Of a stretch of DNA of 64,000 nucleotides, positions 13,039 through 24,905 are shown one piece after another (position 1 is the stretch's first letter; each line of letters begins with the position of its first letter). The notes under the pieces were generated by a model. That model did not search any database. It was not told the DNA's origin and saw only the letters and a program-made list of their open reading frames with translations. The DNA is from Octopus bimaculoides (lineage: Eukaryota), in assembly GCF_001194135.2 (NCBI RefSeq), contig NC_068983.1, forward strand, positions 68,614,950 to 68,678,949. The letters run 5' to 3'. Position numbers and translations under genes: made by a program.

Positions 13039-13383
13039 CTAAATGTTTCTCAACTGAACAAACAGTTTTAGGGTGTGTGGTAGCCCCAGTTGTTCCAGTC
13101 CCGCCTCAAGTTTACCGACATAGTTTTCTTTCAGAGTTTGTCGTATAGTTTTACGACATAATGACTGCAGTGAAGGCAACACAGGTGATGTGGTGTAGCC
13201 AAGTCCGGTGAGATATTGGCGCATTTCTTTCATGTGTAGAAGATTTGTCCTACATGTATTCAGTGAGTGTATATCTGTATAACCTCGTTCATAAATATAA
13301 GACAGATTTAACAGGAATGTCAGTACAGTTTTGTAAATTTGTTCGGGTGAAAGCTGGCAGGATAACAGAGCCATGTTAACTAT
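13039..13383 (-). CDS. ASB-like gene, last coding exon (SOCS box)
   Basis: Acceptor ttttcttatcgttttcag at 13384, phase 0. Encodes IVNMALLSCQL...PVLPSLQSLCRKTIRQTLKENYVGKLEAGLEQLGLPHTLKLFVQLRNI*. SLQSLCRKTIR is a BC box and LGLP a Cul-box-like motif. Confidence 0.9.
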   Translation of the reverse strand: MVNMALLSCQLSPEQIYKTVLTFLLNLSYIYERGYTDIHSLNTCRTNLLHMKEMRQYLTGLGYTTSPVLPSLQSLCRKTIRQTLKENYVGKLEAGLEQLGLPHTLKLFVQLRNI

Positions 13384-13889
13384 CTGAAAACGATAAGAAA
13401 AAGAAAAGGAATAAATATTAGAAGTAAAATTGAGATTACATGCCTATTTCATGAAAATTGATGTTTGTAATTATATTTGTAATAATCAAATAAATTTCAC
13501 AACAACAGAAAATGTTTTGTTCTGATATTATTGTTATAATTATCAGGAGCCTATTGTATACAGAGCTCAATTTCAATACAATTCAAATGAGTTAATGTCA
13601 ATTTAATTTATCAACATTTCTCCAAATTGGAATTTATATTTCAAACTATAAAGGAATTTATGAATAATCAATAGAATTTAATGATATTTATATAAAAGTA
13701 GAGAAAATATTGTTGCCAAGGACAGTGTAAAATGCTTACATTTAAGTTCATACAAGTTATGTTAGTTTAAAAACTTAATTTAATTATTCTCAAAACATAT
13801 AGGCATATATTCTGGAAGTTTTATTCTTATTTATAATTTCACCAATAAAGATGAACAAAAGATAACAATGACTATTATTCTTCAAATGG

Positions 13890-14270
13890 CTGCAACTTAG
13901 ATGCATTTTACCAAAATGTGCAAAGAATTCCTGTCCTCCATTAGCTTTGGTAGATTCTCAATTCCATGTGGTGTATCTCTGCTAATAATATCAATGGAGT
14001 TGAGTCATCTTTGTCCTCTATTAGAGTGTGGAAGTCTCCAAAATATAACATCTGATATGGTCTATTGTTCAGCATCATAGAAGTGGTCTGCAGAGGCTAC
14101 CCTGCACGGAGAAATAATAGTAGAAATGGGCAAAATGCACCCACAAATCTCCTCTTTGAACTTGTGCACATGCCATGAGATGTTTTAAGCCCTCATAAGA
14201 AATATGGTGTATGTACCATCAAGACAATCTTGAAGCTCTTTCTTCATAGTTCAGGTTTCAGTTCCACAGA
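13890..14270 (-). mobile_element. Degenerate RTE-like LINE 3' ORF fragment in ASB intron 3
   Basis: Minus strand gives ISDVIFWRLPH..RG...LNSID.ISRDT....E.L..LMEDR-like sequence with frameshifts. Confidence 0.45.
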
Positions 14271-14303
14271 GAAGAATGGATATTGTTTACTAGTATATGT
14301 CTA

Positions 14304-14610
14304 TAGTGAAGGCATGTGGCCTAGTGGTTAGGCTGTTGTACTCACAATCACCAGATTGTGGATTCAATTCCCAGACCGGGCAGCACATTGTGTTTTGAAC
14401 ATTACATAACAGGATTGTATTATGTATTACTATTAATGAGTTAACAAGGGTACTCAACATGCTACAAATAGCAACCAAATCTCCCTCAAATTACACACTA
14501 CAAGCTTAAAGAAGGAAGGATACATTGTGTAATGTAGTCCTAAATATGTTGTCTGCAAAGAATGGTCCTGGTCGGAATGTTTTTGCTCAATCAGAATTAA
14601 CCTGAAAACA
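14304..14610 (+). mobile_element. tRNA-derived SINE (family D)
   Basis: A-box tggcctagtgg, B-box-like ggattcaattccc, body caaccaaatctccctcaaattacac. Body fragments recur at about 1940-2070, 5240-5480, 6170-6520, 41180-41600 and 58200-58290. Confidence 0.6.
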
Positions 14611-14677
14611 AACAACTGAAATGTATTCCATATCACATCACAGTCTAATACTGACCACCACTTCAGACTATACTTAC

Positions 14678-14858
14678 CATTTTATTAGTGTTCTGTAAAA
14701 TGTAATAAAACACAGATGGACACCATGCAGGGCTGCTGAAGCTGCTACCATTTCTTATGAGCATCATAATGATTTCAAAGTTTGGTTCCATTGCACGTAC
14801 AGATACCATGAAGGGGCTGATGCCTTCGTTGTCGGCAGCATCAATTTTTGCACCATAA
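14678..14858 (-). CDS. ASB-like gene, coding exon 3 (ankyrin repeat); not in the ORF track
   Basis: Acceptor ctttccttttttttccatcccag at 14859, donor GTAAGT at 14677, 181 nt, phase 2 to 0. Encodes (D)YGAKIDAADNEGISPFMVSVRAMEPNFEIIMMLIRNGSSFSSPAWCPSVFYYILQNTNKM, continuing the ankyrin repeat of exon 2. Confidence 0.92.
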
Positions 14859-14914
14859 CTGGGATGGAAAAAAAGGAAAGAAGGTCAGAGATTAAAAGAT
14901 TAATAGAACAACAG

Positions 14915-15019
14915 AGGCGGCGAGCTGGCAGAAACGTTAGCGCGCCGGGCGAAATGCTTAGCGGTATTTCGTCTGCCATTACGTTCTGAGTTCAAATTCT
15001 GCCAAGGTTGACGTTGCCT
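14915..15019 (+). mobile_element. SINE family B, cut by assembly gap
   Basis: ggcggcgagctggcagaaacgttagcgcgccgggcgaaatgcttagcgg...gagttcaaattc, then N run 15020-15547. Confidence 0.85.
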
Positions 15020-15547
15020 NNNNNNNNNNNNNNNNNNNNNNNNNNNNNNNNNNNNNNNNNNNNNNNNNNNNNNNNNNNNNNNNNNNNNNNNNNNNNNNNN
15101 NNNNNNNNNNNNNNNNNNNNNNNNNNNNNNNNNNNNNNNNNNNNNNNNNNNNNNNNNNNNNNNNNNNNNNNNNNNNNNNNNNNNNNNNNNNNNNNNNNNN
15201 NNNNNNNNNNNNNNNNNNNNNNNNNNNNNNNNNNNNNNNNNNNNNNNNNNNNNNNNNNNNNNNNNNNNNNNNNNNNNNNNNNNNNNNNNNNNNNNNNNNN
15301 NNNNNNNNNNNNNNNNNNNNNNNNNNNNNNNNNNNNNNNNNNNNNNNNNNNNNNNNNNNNNNNNNNNNNNNNNNNNNNNNNNNNNNNNNNNNNNNNNNNN
15401 NNNNNNNNNNNNNNNNNNNNNNNNNNNNNNNNNNNNNNNNNNNNNNNNNNNNNNNNNNNNNNNNNNNNNNNNNNNNNNNNNNNNNNNNNNNNNNNNNNNN
15501 NNNNNNNNNNNNNNNNNNNNNNNNNNNNNNNNNNNNNNNNNNNNNNN

Positions 15548-15634
<87 letters not shown>

Positions 15635-17479
15635 CATCATCATTTAACAACCTTTTTTCATTCTGGCATAGATTGGACAACTCAATATGAAGTAATGAAT
15701 CAGAGGCCTGTGCCAACTCCAATGTCTATGTCTACTTTAACATAGTTTCTACAGTTGGATGCCCTCCCTAACACCAACCACTTCACAGAGTGTATACTGG
15801 ATGCTTTTGTTTGTGGCACCAGCACTGGGACGGTCATCAAGTACTCACAAAACAAGACTCCTCAAATGAGTAGAGTGTAGAATTGAGGGATATGAAAGTA
15901 TTACAGAGACACAGAAGCGGGTGTCTTACTGAAGACATGAATACATAGCATCCCCATAATCCACACACATCCTTCACCCTCTTATCATTCACCTGTCTGT
16001 CATCCATGTCCCTATCACCCATGTTCTTATTATTCAAGTTTCTAGTGACTATGCTTTCATTGCTCATCTCTCAATCATTCTCTCCTATATCTAGAAAAAT
16101 GCCTGTTTACCATACATTGCTTCCAGTGTAACTAGAGATGTCACAGGATGCCACCCACTCTTAAACACTCCTACTCTACTTCTCTATCTTTATTATTCTA
16201 GTTCTCTTACCCAATATTTAAAGGGTTTCTTTCAATGGTTTAATCTTTGTTAATTTCCTCCATACCTTCTTTTATCATTTGTTGTTGACCCTAGTTGAAC
16301 AAACTTATGAGTAAAGGTTTTTTAGCCATGACTACTTGATCTTTTTTATTTTTCTAGATATAGCATACCACAGATTACATTATCCAATGTGCCCCACATA
16401 TTTTAAAGGAAGGTATTGAGTGATTTATGGGACAACTGGCTGCAATTTCTAGCAGGTCCAGCAACCACATAAAGTAAGCATTGTAGGAGCTAAAAGCAAA
16501 ATTTTTATATTTTCCTGTTATATGCTGTCAAAATAATATGGAGACATTGTGAGTGAGATATGTCAACTGGATCAGCCAACAAAAGTTAAAAATAGAAATA
16601 TAATCAAGGTAACTAATCTATTCTAGTTATAACTCATTTCAACAGTACTGATATGTTAACCAATCTGAGTGAGTAAACTACACAGATAGACGGATATAGA
16701 GCTGTATGAATGATTAAGGGTAAAGTTCAGATCTAACTTGAATGGTACACAATACATATTGTGATCAATATTAAGATGGAGTGTTCACTAACAGGTTTGC
16801 TTGTTTTATACATGCATTATATGTGGAATTTCCACAGTTATTTTAAAAACTATAAGATTATTGAAAGTTTATAGAGAACCATGTGGTTACATGATTTTTT
16901 TAAAAATAGCATTTAATATAATATAAATGTCCTGTCTATGGTAGATTATGTCATTGATTTTACTCCGTAGTTTATCATCACTTGTTATGAAAAATATAAA
17001 TGTAGTGTGTATAACAGCTTATGTCTTTGATTTCATTCCATAGTTATAATGTTACATACACAGAAGGTAGAAGAATAGTATTAGGTGACAGAAATGTAAC
17101 AGTCATTCTTTAGAAATTGAAATTTAGGAAGATAATTTCAAGAAGATGGCTATTACTTTCAACTAAGGCACATGTTAAATCATCCAGGGATTTTTAAAAA
17201 TATGAACTTCAGTCCAATATAAAAAATAAAAAAAAGTAAATTTTTTGTTGTCACCTCCTAAGCAATACAAAAACTGTGAACCGATGCTTTTATAAGCTAA
17301 TATTTTTACCAACATCCTTGATACAATAAACTGCAATGGTTCTCTCTGGGTAGATGGATGGATGGCTCTCAGTTGTTTGACTGAAGGTTCATTTGTTCAA
17401 TCAACTAAATTATCTGCTTAGATGTTACATACTGCAGAACATCTTAGTCATACTACCATTCTACACTGACAGAAACCGT

Positions 17480-19130
17480 CATTTGCTATGGGCTAAGGTC
17501 ATCATAAACAAGATTAGAGGAACAAGCACATCAAAATCTTCAATACGATGCAGTGGCATAATGCTATCAGGAAAGAAACCTTGAGCCAGCTTGAAGAAAC
17601 CAATCTATCGATCCAGAAAAATGAAGAGCAATTCTGCATAGACAAATAACCAAACATAATCCTTGAGAAATTCTTGAAAGAATTCATACTAGAAGGATTA
17701 CAATTAGTACTTGAAAACAACTGATTCTTTTTTGATAAGCAAAATTATCTTCAAATATGAAGAAAAACAATGGGCACAATAGTCACACTGCCTCTTATAA
17801 TATTAATGATAAGATGTTTAGAAGATGAAAAATCCAGTCTGAGATTATTTTAGAGTGTTTCAAATCTTGTTTAAAAGAAAAATGGAAAAGACTTCTGGAT
17901 AACTGCTTTATATTTTAGAACAGTGAAGGCGCAATGGCCCAGTGGTTAGGGCAGCAGACTCGCGGTCATAGGATTGCGGTTTCGATTCCCAGACCAGGAG
18001 TTGTGAGTGTTTATTGAGCGAAAACACCTAAAGCTCCACGAGGCTCCGGCAGGGGATGGTGGTGAACCCTGCTGTACTCTTTCACCACAACTTTCTCTCA
18101 CTCTTACTTCCTGTTTCTGTTGTGCCTGTAATTCAAAGGGTCAGCCTTGTGACACTGTGTCACGCTGAATATCCCCGAGAACTATGTTAAGGGTACATGT
18201 GTCTGTGGAGTGCTCAGCCACTTGCACGTTAATTTCACAAGCAGGCTGTTCCGTTGATCGGATCAACTGGAACCCTCGACGTCGTAAGCGACGGAGTGCC
18301 AACAACAACAACAACAACATTTTAGAATAGAATTGAGGTAGACTACAAAATTCCATAAATTAATCAATAACATTCATGAATCAATCCAATTCACAATAGA
18401 AATAAATGAAAGGGAATTTCCATTTCTGAACATTTTAGTAATTTAGTAAAATGAGACAATTATAATCAATCGCTACTGCAAAGACATGGACAAGCACCAA
18501 CAGCTAAAGTCTAGATCCTGCCACCCATTCTGCACTAAAACAATATCCCATTTAACATGGCAAGACATGTAAGAATAGTATTTATAGACTCAACTAGAAA
18601 AAAAAAAAGAAAGAAAGAGAGAGAGAACTAAAAAAAAATTCAGGAACCAAAATAACTGAAAAAATATAAAACACCATAACCAAAATAAAACAAATCCTAA
18701 CCCTTGGCTTATGAAGAAACTCTCACAAGGAGGAGGTCACAGAAATTTTACAATTGTAGTCACCCACAACTTCATAAATCACAACAGCCAAAAAATACTT
18801 TCCAATACAAACCTAAGGGAAACTGCAAGCCTTAAAAGACTCTTAACAAAGATGAAATTCACATCAGAAGAGGAATGTTTCATGCAATGAACATCTAGAT
18901 CTTTGTTCAATTAAAAATATTCTCTTCTCATGGAAAAAAGGAACAATTATTAAGGACAAAAGAAGACTATTTTTTAAAGATCTACAATCTGAAATTAAAC
19001 CAGAAATAATAACCACTACCAAACGTAGTTCCTACTATACAGATAACAACCTAGAAGTTTTTACTTTATACTAAATGTGTTTGAAAAGCTGAAGACAGCA
19101 AAGGCACTCACACATAAACTCCACTCACTC
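17480..19130 (+). mobile_element. Penelope-like element RT remnant interrupted by a SINE
   Basis: Broken translation ILEKFLKEFILEGLQLVLENN*FFFDKQNYLQI...MGT, then FPFLNIL and CKDMDKHQQLKSRSCHP.CTK.NIPFNMAR, resembling the PLE RT/thumb pattern (TDxxQYLxFxSCHP). Confidence 0.7.
17924..18318 (+). mobile_element. tRNA-derived SINE family C, full length
   Basis: A-box tggcccagtgg, B-box ggtttcgattccc, (AAC)n tail, 12-bp target duplication attttagaacag / attttagaatag. Near-identical to 61271-61653. Confidence 0.92.
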
Positions 19131-19204
19131 AAATCTATGTTAATATGCTGTTTTTCAAGATCTCTTTTTGTTATAAATGATTAATAATTTTTGATTAAAA
19201 AGAA

Positions 19205-19207
<3 letters not shown>

Positions 19208-19270
<63 letters not shown>
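19208..19270. repeat. (TA)n microsatellite
   Basis: About 30 TA units read directly. Confidence 0.95.
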
Positions 19271-19273
<3 letters not shown>

Positions 19274-19460
19274 GAAATTTACAGAAGAAAAAAAAGACAA
19301 ATACAGGTGTATGAACAACAAGCAGGTGTATTAGTTTGACACTCTGGAAAGTGAGAAAGTCTTTTACATTTCGAGCCTACGCTCTTCAACAGAAAGGAAT
19401 AAGAGGAAATAAACAGAGAGAGAATAAGAAAAAATGTAGATTTAGCAATCAAGCATATAT
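19270..19460 (-). mobile_element. Probable Penelope-like terminal repeat fragment with hammerhead-like core
   Basis: Minus strand ctttCTGTTGA-A-GAGC-gtag-GCTC-GAAA-t-GTA-aaag. Lies next to the PLE RT remnant. The PLE assignment is inference. Confidence 0.5.
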
Positions 19461-19461
19461 A

Positions 19462-19499
<38 letters not shown>

Positions 19500-19984
19500 A
19501 ATATATATATACTCATCATCTTGTTTTAACATTCAGGTTCCCATGCTCACATGGGNNNNNNNNNNNNNNNNNNNNNNNNNNNNNNNNNNNNNNNNNNNNN
19601 NNNNNNNNNNNNNNNNNNNNNNNNNNNNNNNNNNNNNNNNNNNNNNNNNNNNNNNNNNNNNNNNNNNNNNNNNNNNNNNNNNNNNNNNNNNNNNNNNNNN
19701 NNNNNNNNNNNNNNNNNNNNNNNNNNNNNNNNNNNNNNNNNNNNNNNNNNNNNNNNNNNNNNNNNNNNNNNNNNNNNNNNNNNNNNNNNNNNNNNNNNNN
19801 NNNNNNNNNNNNNNNNNNNNNNNNNNNNNNNNNNNNNNNNNNNNNNNNNNNNNNNNNNNNNNNNNNNNNNNNNNNNNNNNNNNNNNNNNNNNNNNNNNNN
19901 NNNNNNNNNNNNNNNNNNNNNNNNNNNNNNNNNNNNNNNNNNNNNNNNNNNNNNNNNNNNNNNNNNNNNNNNNNNNNATATATA

Positions 19985-20240
19985 TATCATCATCATCATT
20001 TAACGTCCGCTTTCCATGCTAGCATGGGTTGGACGATTTGACTGGGGACTGGCGAAGCGGATGGCTCCACCAGGCTCCAATCTGATCTGGCAGAGTTTCT
20101 ACAGCTGGATGCCCTTCCTAACGCCAACCACTCCGAGAGTGTAGTAGGTGCTTTTTATGTGCCACCGGCATGAAGGCCAGTCAGGCGGTACCGGCAACGG
20201 CCATGCTTGAATGGTGTTTTTTATGTGCCACTTGCACAGG
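19985..20240 (-). mobile_element. RTE 3' UTR copy
   Basis: Reverse complement of the 9900-10165 UTR end (catcatttaacgtccgctttccatgctagc...). Confidence 0.85.
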
Positions 20241-20872
20241 AGTCAGCCAATGTTTTGTTCACATGCTTTGCTCAAAAGATAAAATGATCACCTAAGTTGC
20301 ATTAGCTCTTTTTGAATTCTGAAGAAGTCCTACCATAATATTGTAAGAATGTGGCAACTTCCTTGGCTTTAAACGATACGCTTGGTGATTTCCATTAACT
20401 AGATGGTTTGACAGAAACATATATGTAGGTTCTTCTTATGTTTTTCTTTATTTTTTTTTGAGCTTTCAATTTCCAATCAATTTATTTATTTATTTGTAAT
20501 GTTTTTTTTTTTCAAAAGAATGTCATCTTTCTACAACATGCAAAAAATCAGTAATTACATCCATTTATTCTTCAATTTCTCCTCTTTGTTTTTCCTTCAA
20601 TATATAATGTATATATACAAATATATATATCTATAGATATATACAGACAAGTGTATGCATGTCTCTGTATTTCACTCTCTCCCTGGTAACTTTAGCAATT
20701 CAGCAAAATGAGACCAGCAGAATAAGTACTTGACTTAAAATACTGGGCTTGATTTGATTAACTAAACCCTTTAAGGTGATACCTCAGCTAGGCTACACAA
20801 TCCAGTGACTAAAACAAGTCAAAAATATATAAATAAATAAAACAATAAAATAATATGAAAGAAGTTACTTAC

Positions 20873-21527
20873 TCAAGCAGTAATTCTACTGTTTTTACAC
20901 ATTTCACACTGCATGCTGTCCACAAAGCTGTCCGCTTATCTTTATCAGTCACATTAACATTAGCACCACCTTCCAGGAGTCGGTGAACTCCCTGAATAAA
21001 GTTCATCCGTGCAGCATACACCAAAAGAGGTTGAGTATTTTTCTCGGAGAAATAAGGCGTTGAGTCCAAATTCAAAAGCTTTCCACATCTTTCATGAAAG
21101 TCCATTAATGCATGGAAAACAGAGAACTGACGTTTGTACATGGCCCAAGCAAGAAGGCATGACATTTTTACACTCTGATTGATGTCGTGGCTAAATCTTT
21201 TTGAATATAGCATTTCCTCTAGAGTTTCTTTGTCTCCACAACAAACAGCTTGGGATAACTGTTTAAAGGTCACAGTTGTGTCTTCACTGTTGGTATAGCC
21301 AAATTTGTGAGGGTTGTTGATGTTTGCTTTTGCCCTGCATAGCTGTTGCTCAGTAGCAAATCGGCAATATTTGATCTGGCTATGACTAACAGGTAACTTC
21401 TGTTTGTGCGGGCAGTTACGGGAATAAAGGATTTCCTTTGGGTAGATTTGAAGGCAACGAAAGCATTGGTGAGTGGATGGTTGAATGGGTTGTGGTGAAA
21501 CCAAGAAATAATCCATTGTTTGCATAG
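20873..21527 (-). CDS. ASB-like gene, coding exon 2 (N-terminal region plus ankyrin repeats)
   Basis: Acceptor (T)15-ccag at 21528, donor GTAAGT at 20872 (phase 2). ORF-track 218-aa peptide with PLLVYAARMNFIQGVHRLLEGGANVNVTDKDKRTALWTACSVKCVKTVELLL ankyrin motifs. Confidence 0.93.
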
Positions 21528-21564
21528 CTGGAAAAAAAAAAAAAAGTAATAATCATAATAAAAA

Positions 21565-21725
21565 AATTTCAAGACAGTTACAATACCAGTGATCATAAGA
21601 ATGATCAAGAAGGGAACTGAAAATTATCTGAGGATGATTCCTGGCTAACCATCCATGCAGGAAGTGCAAAAGGTTGTCTTAACTGGTACATCACACGTAT
21701 TGAGAAGAGTATTGTTGCTGTGAAT
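21565..21725 (+). mobile_element. R4/Dong-type (RLE) LINE 3' end fragment
   Basis: KTVTIPVIIRMIKKGTENYLRMIPG*PSMQEVQKVVLTGTSHVLRRVL, the extreme C-terminus pattern of RLE-endonuclease LINEs. Similar to 24410-24490. Confidence 0.65.
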
Positions 21726-21964
21726 TTTCTTTCCTTTTTCCCTTTTATTTGTTTTTATTTTTCTTGTTTTTTCTTCTTTCCGGTCTTTCTTCCTCGTTTT
21801 TTTTTCTATTACATGACTTTGTAAATAAACAATCTGGTTTGTTTATTTTGATGGCCTATCAATCTATACAGTGAGTTTCTTTACCCTAGGTGCTCGGAAG
21901 ACACTTGGAAAGAAATGGAAACAAAATTGAAAGAAGAAGATAATGATAATGATAATAATAAATA

Positions 21965-22260
21965 ACCTGGCAATGAAAAATGAAGGTGAAGATAGTGCCA
22001 ATTATTGTTGGTTCCTTGGGGATAGTATCAGAAGGCATCAAGAGGAATATAAAGGAAATCGGGATAGAGTGCCCAGTAGAACTATTACAAAAGGTTTGCC
22101 TCCTTGGCATGGCCAGAATAAGCAGGAAAGCATTACATAGTTAAAAAGAACAGATAGTATGGTACCATAGGCTGCAGGTAGCAAGCCTGCTATGCATGCA
22201 AGACTCTAGGAGTTACAACAAAACCTGAAATAAGAATAAACAACAACAGCAAGAAGAAGA
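21965..22260 (+). mobile_element. Second R4/Dong-type LINE 3' end with (AAC)/(AAG) tail
   Basis: VKIVPIIVGSLGIVSEGIKRNIKEIGIECPVELLQKVCLLGMARISRKAL, followed by a short UTR and aacaacaacagcaagaagaag. Confidence 0.65.
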
Positions 22261-22269
22261 AGAAAAAAA

Positions 22270-24500
22270 TGAACTAGATATCACATCCTTGAAAGAGTTG
22301 TGCTATGCGGTTACTGCAGCCTTCACAGATGTGTAGCTTAAAACTGAGTTGCAAATCCTCATAAAAGACCTGTGTGGCAAGAAAAAGAATCAAGAAACAA
22401 ATCAATGCTTGCAGATCTGATATAGAAACACTGAAAAACTTAAGCAATAATCCTAATATAAAATCACCCAAGAAGAGGAAGATAATGTGAAAATATGAAT
22501 CAAAGTGAGAACAATTTTCTGAAGTAATGGAGAAGATAAAACAAAAAGTGCTGGACAAAGCTGTGCACACATGTTACTTTGAAAGACAATCCTGTTTTTT
22601 TTAAGGATAACAGCATGTTTAAAAATGATTCAAAGAAGTTCTATAGGCAGATTGGAAAGATCACCATCAAAATAGAAGTTTCTTCAGAACATGAAATACT
22701 CGAGGTCCGGAGTAAGGTTTGGATAGATGAAAAGGAGCATAACTGTGATACCCCATGGATTATACAAGAAGAAATATAGGAAAAGTTTAGTGCAGAAGAT
22801 ATACTTACACAGAAAAAGTTCAGTAAATGGAAGTCACTTGGTATAGATAAGATCCCAAACTATTAGCCTAATATGTTGATAAACTCACACAAAAAGCTAA
22901 CTTGTTATTACAATGTAATTATGAAGGAACCACAAATGAACCCCCAAAAAACCCTAAAAATTACCGATCCATAACAATGTATGAGATCCTTACATTTGTT
23001 ATAATGAAATACATGTATACTTCCCTCATGAACAATATTTCCCCTAATGAAGAGAAAAACTGTAAATCTGGGGCTTATGGATATAAGGATCAACTGTTAA
23101 TAAACAACTGCAGGCACTCCTACACACAATCAAACAATTTAGTGATGACATCGAAATGGAATTTGGGCTGCACAAATGCACCAAAGCTACATTTGCCAAG
23201 GTAAAAACCATCAAACATGCATAAACACTCTAGATAGAGATACCAAGATAAAAGAATTAGATCCTGAGAGGAGTTATAAGTATCTAGGGGTATGTGAAGG
23301 AGAGGGGATTAAGCACTCACTAATGAAAGAAAAAATAAGGAAAGAGTGCAATCAGAGAATAAGAGCTATTCAGAAAACTAAGTTAAATGTCTGGAACAAA
23401 ACTAAGGACATAAACATGTTAGCCATGACTGTAATCACACACAGCTTCACTGCTATAAACTGGTCCATTTCTGAAATCAACAAAGTTGATGTCAAAATCT
23501 GAAAGCTGATGACAAGGTTTCATATGCATCACCCAAAAGCAGATACAGTTTATACCTTCCAAGAAAAGAAGGCAAATAGGGGTTAATACAATCTCATTAA
23601 AAATTGCAACCATGGGATTTTCTGCCTACCTGCAAAGAAATGGATATTAAAGCTGGTTCTGAAACAGGTAGATAAGAAAGCTGGTTCTGAAACAGGAAGA
23701 GACAAAAAATGCAGAAATATAACTTTGAGAAATGCATCTAGATGAACCAGTACCTGAAGAAAATGTGCTTCCAATTGACAAGGTAAAAACAAAAAAAAAA
23801 AAAAACATAGCCAAACAAACCAGCCTTTAATATACTAAGTGATAGAAGCCAAAAAAAAAAAACAAACAAACAAACACTGTATGGCAAATACCCGAGTAGA
23901 GTCAGGGACCCTGATGGAGATCAAACCCTTACTCATCGGTGACAGACATGCTCTGTTCTCAAACCAGAAACTGAGAGGTATATCATTTCTTTCCAACTAG
24001 GAATTACCAGAGTAATGTCCTTAAACATGAAATCAGCCTATCATGCCACATATGTGGAGAGCATCAAGAGACAATCAACCACATAATCTCTGGATGCAGC
24101 TAATTGTTACCAACAGAACAGTTGCAAAGACATGACATGGCTAGTCAATATGCTACACAAAGATAATTGGTGGGAACACAAGCCACTACATGTGCAAAGA
24201 TTACCATCCTTTAGAATTTCAGTGTTTAAATTGATCAGGAAATACAGGCTAACCAAGTAGATATTATTGTGAAAAATCAGATTGAAAAGACTGGCCGTTT
24301 GAATCATACTACAGCTTCAGCTAACAAAAACACATCTCTGAAAACGTTTGAGAAACTGAGCAAATATAAGGACCTGGAGATTGAAATTAGAAGAATGTGG
24401 TATCACAAAGCAATAACACTACCTGTTATTATTGGGGCACTTGGAATGATATTAAGAGGAGCAAATAAATATGTAGATCAAATCTCTGTAAAATGCAAAG
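22270..24500 (+). mobile_element. Degenerate R4/Dong-clade non-LTR retrotransposon (RT, CCHC, RLE)
   Basis: Fragments NSMFKNDSKKFYRQI; PKNYRSIT; GAYGYKDQLLIN; SYKYLGV...KTKLN...INW; zinc knuckle CHICGEHQETINHIISGC; EKLSKYKDLEIEIRRMW...PVIIGALG. Many stops and frameshifts. Confidence 0.8.
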
Positions 24501-24699
24501 GATCATACATATATATTCTGCATAGATTCATTTCCATGTGAATGCAATCTTAATCATTCTGTTTTGTTTTTCTCCTAGAGATATCAGTGCTTTTAATTGC
24601 AGAGCCCCTCACTTGTTAGCATCTTAAGATACAAAACCTTGTTGTCCCTCGACATCTCTCATTGTGATTTTTTTGCAACTCATATAGCAAAGCCAAAGC

Positions 24700-24701
<2 letters not shown>

Positions 24702-24745
<44 letters not shown>
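24702..24745. repeat. (TAA)n microsatellite
   Basis: Read directly. Confidence 0.95.
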
Positions 24746-24791
24746 TAATAATAATCATGATTTCAAATTTTGTCACAAGGGCAGCAGTTTT

Positions 24792-24905
24792 GGGTGAGGG
24801 GATGTGTTGATTACATCAACTCCAGTGTTCGACTGGAAATTATTTTATCAACCCCAAAAGGGTGAAAGGCAAAGTCGACTTTGGCAGAATTTGAACTCAG
24901 AACAA
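24792..24905 (-). mobile_element. SINE family B fragment
   Basis: Reverse complement of the family B body (gaaaggcaaagtcgactttggcagaatttgaactcagaac). Confidence 0.8.

Noticed and set aside
14900-15745. Long ORFs of 150-250 aa here and at 19463-20041 and 31172-31988
   Set aside because: They are runs of N and microsatellite translated as X, IY or CV.
17924-18000. tRNA genes at SINE heads (also 14304, 56024, 61271, 61960)
   Set aside because: A and B boxes only; no complete cloverleaf, and they continue into SINE bodies and tails.
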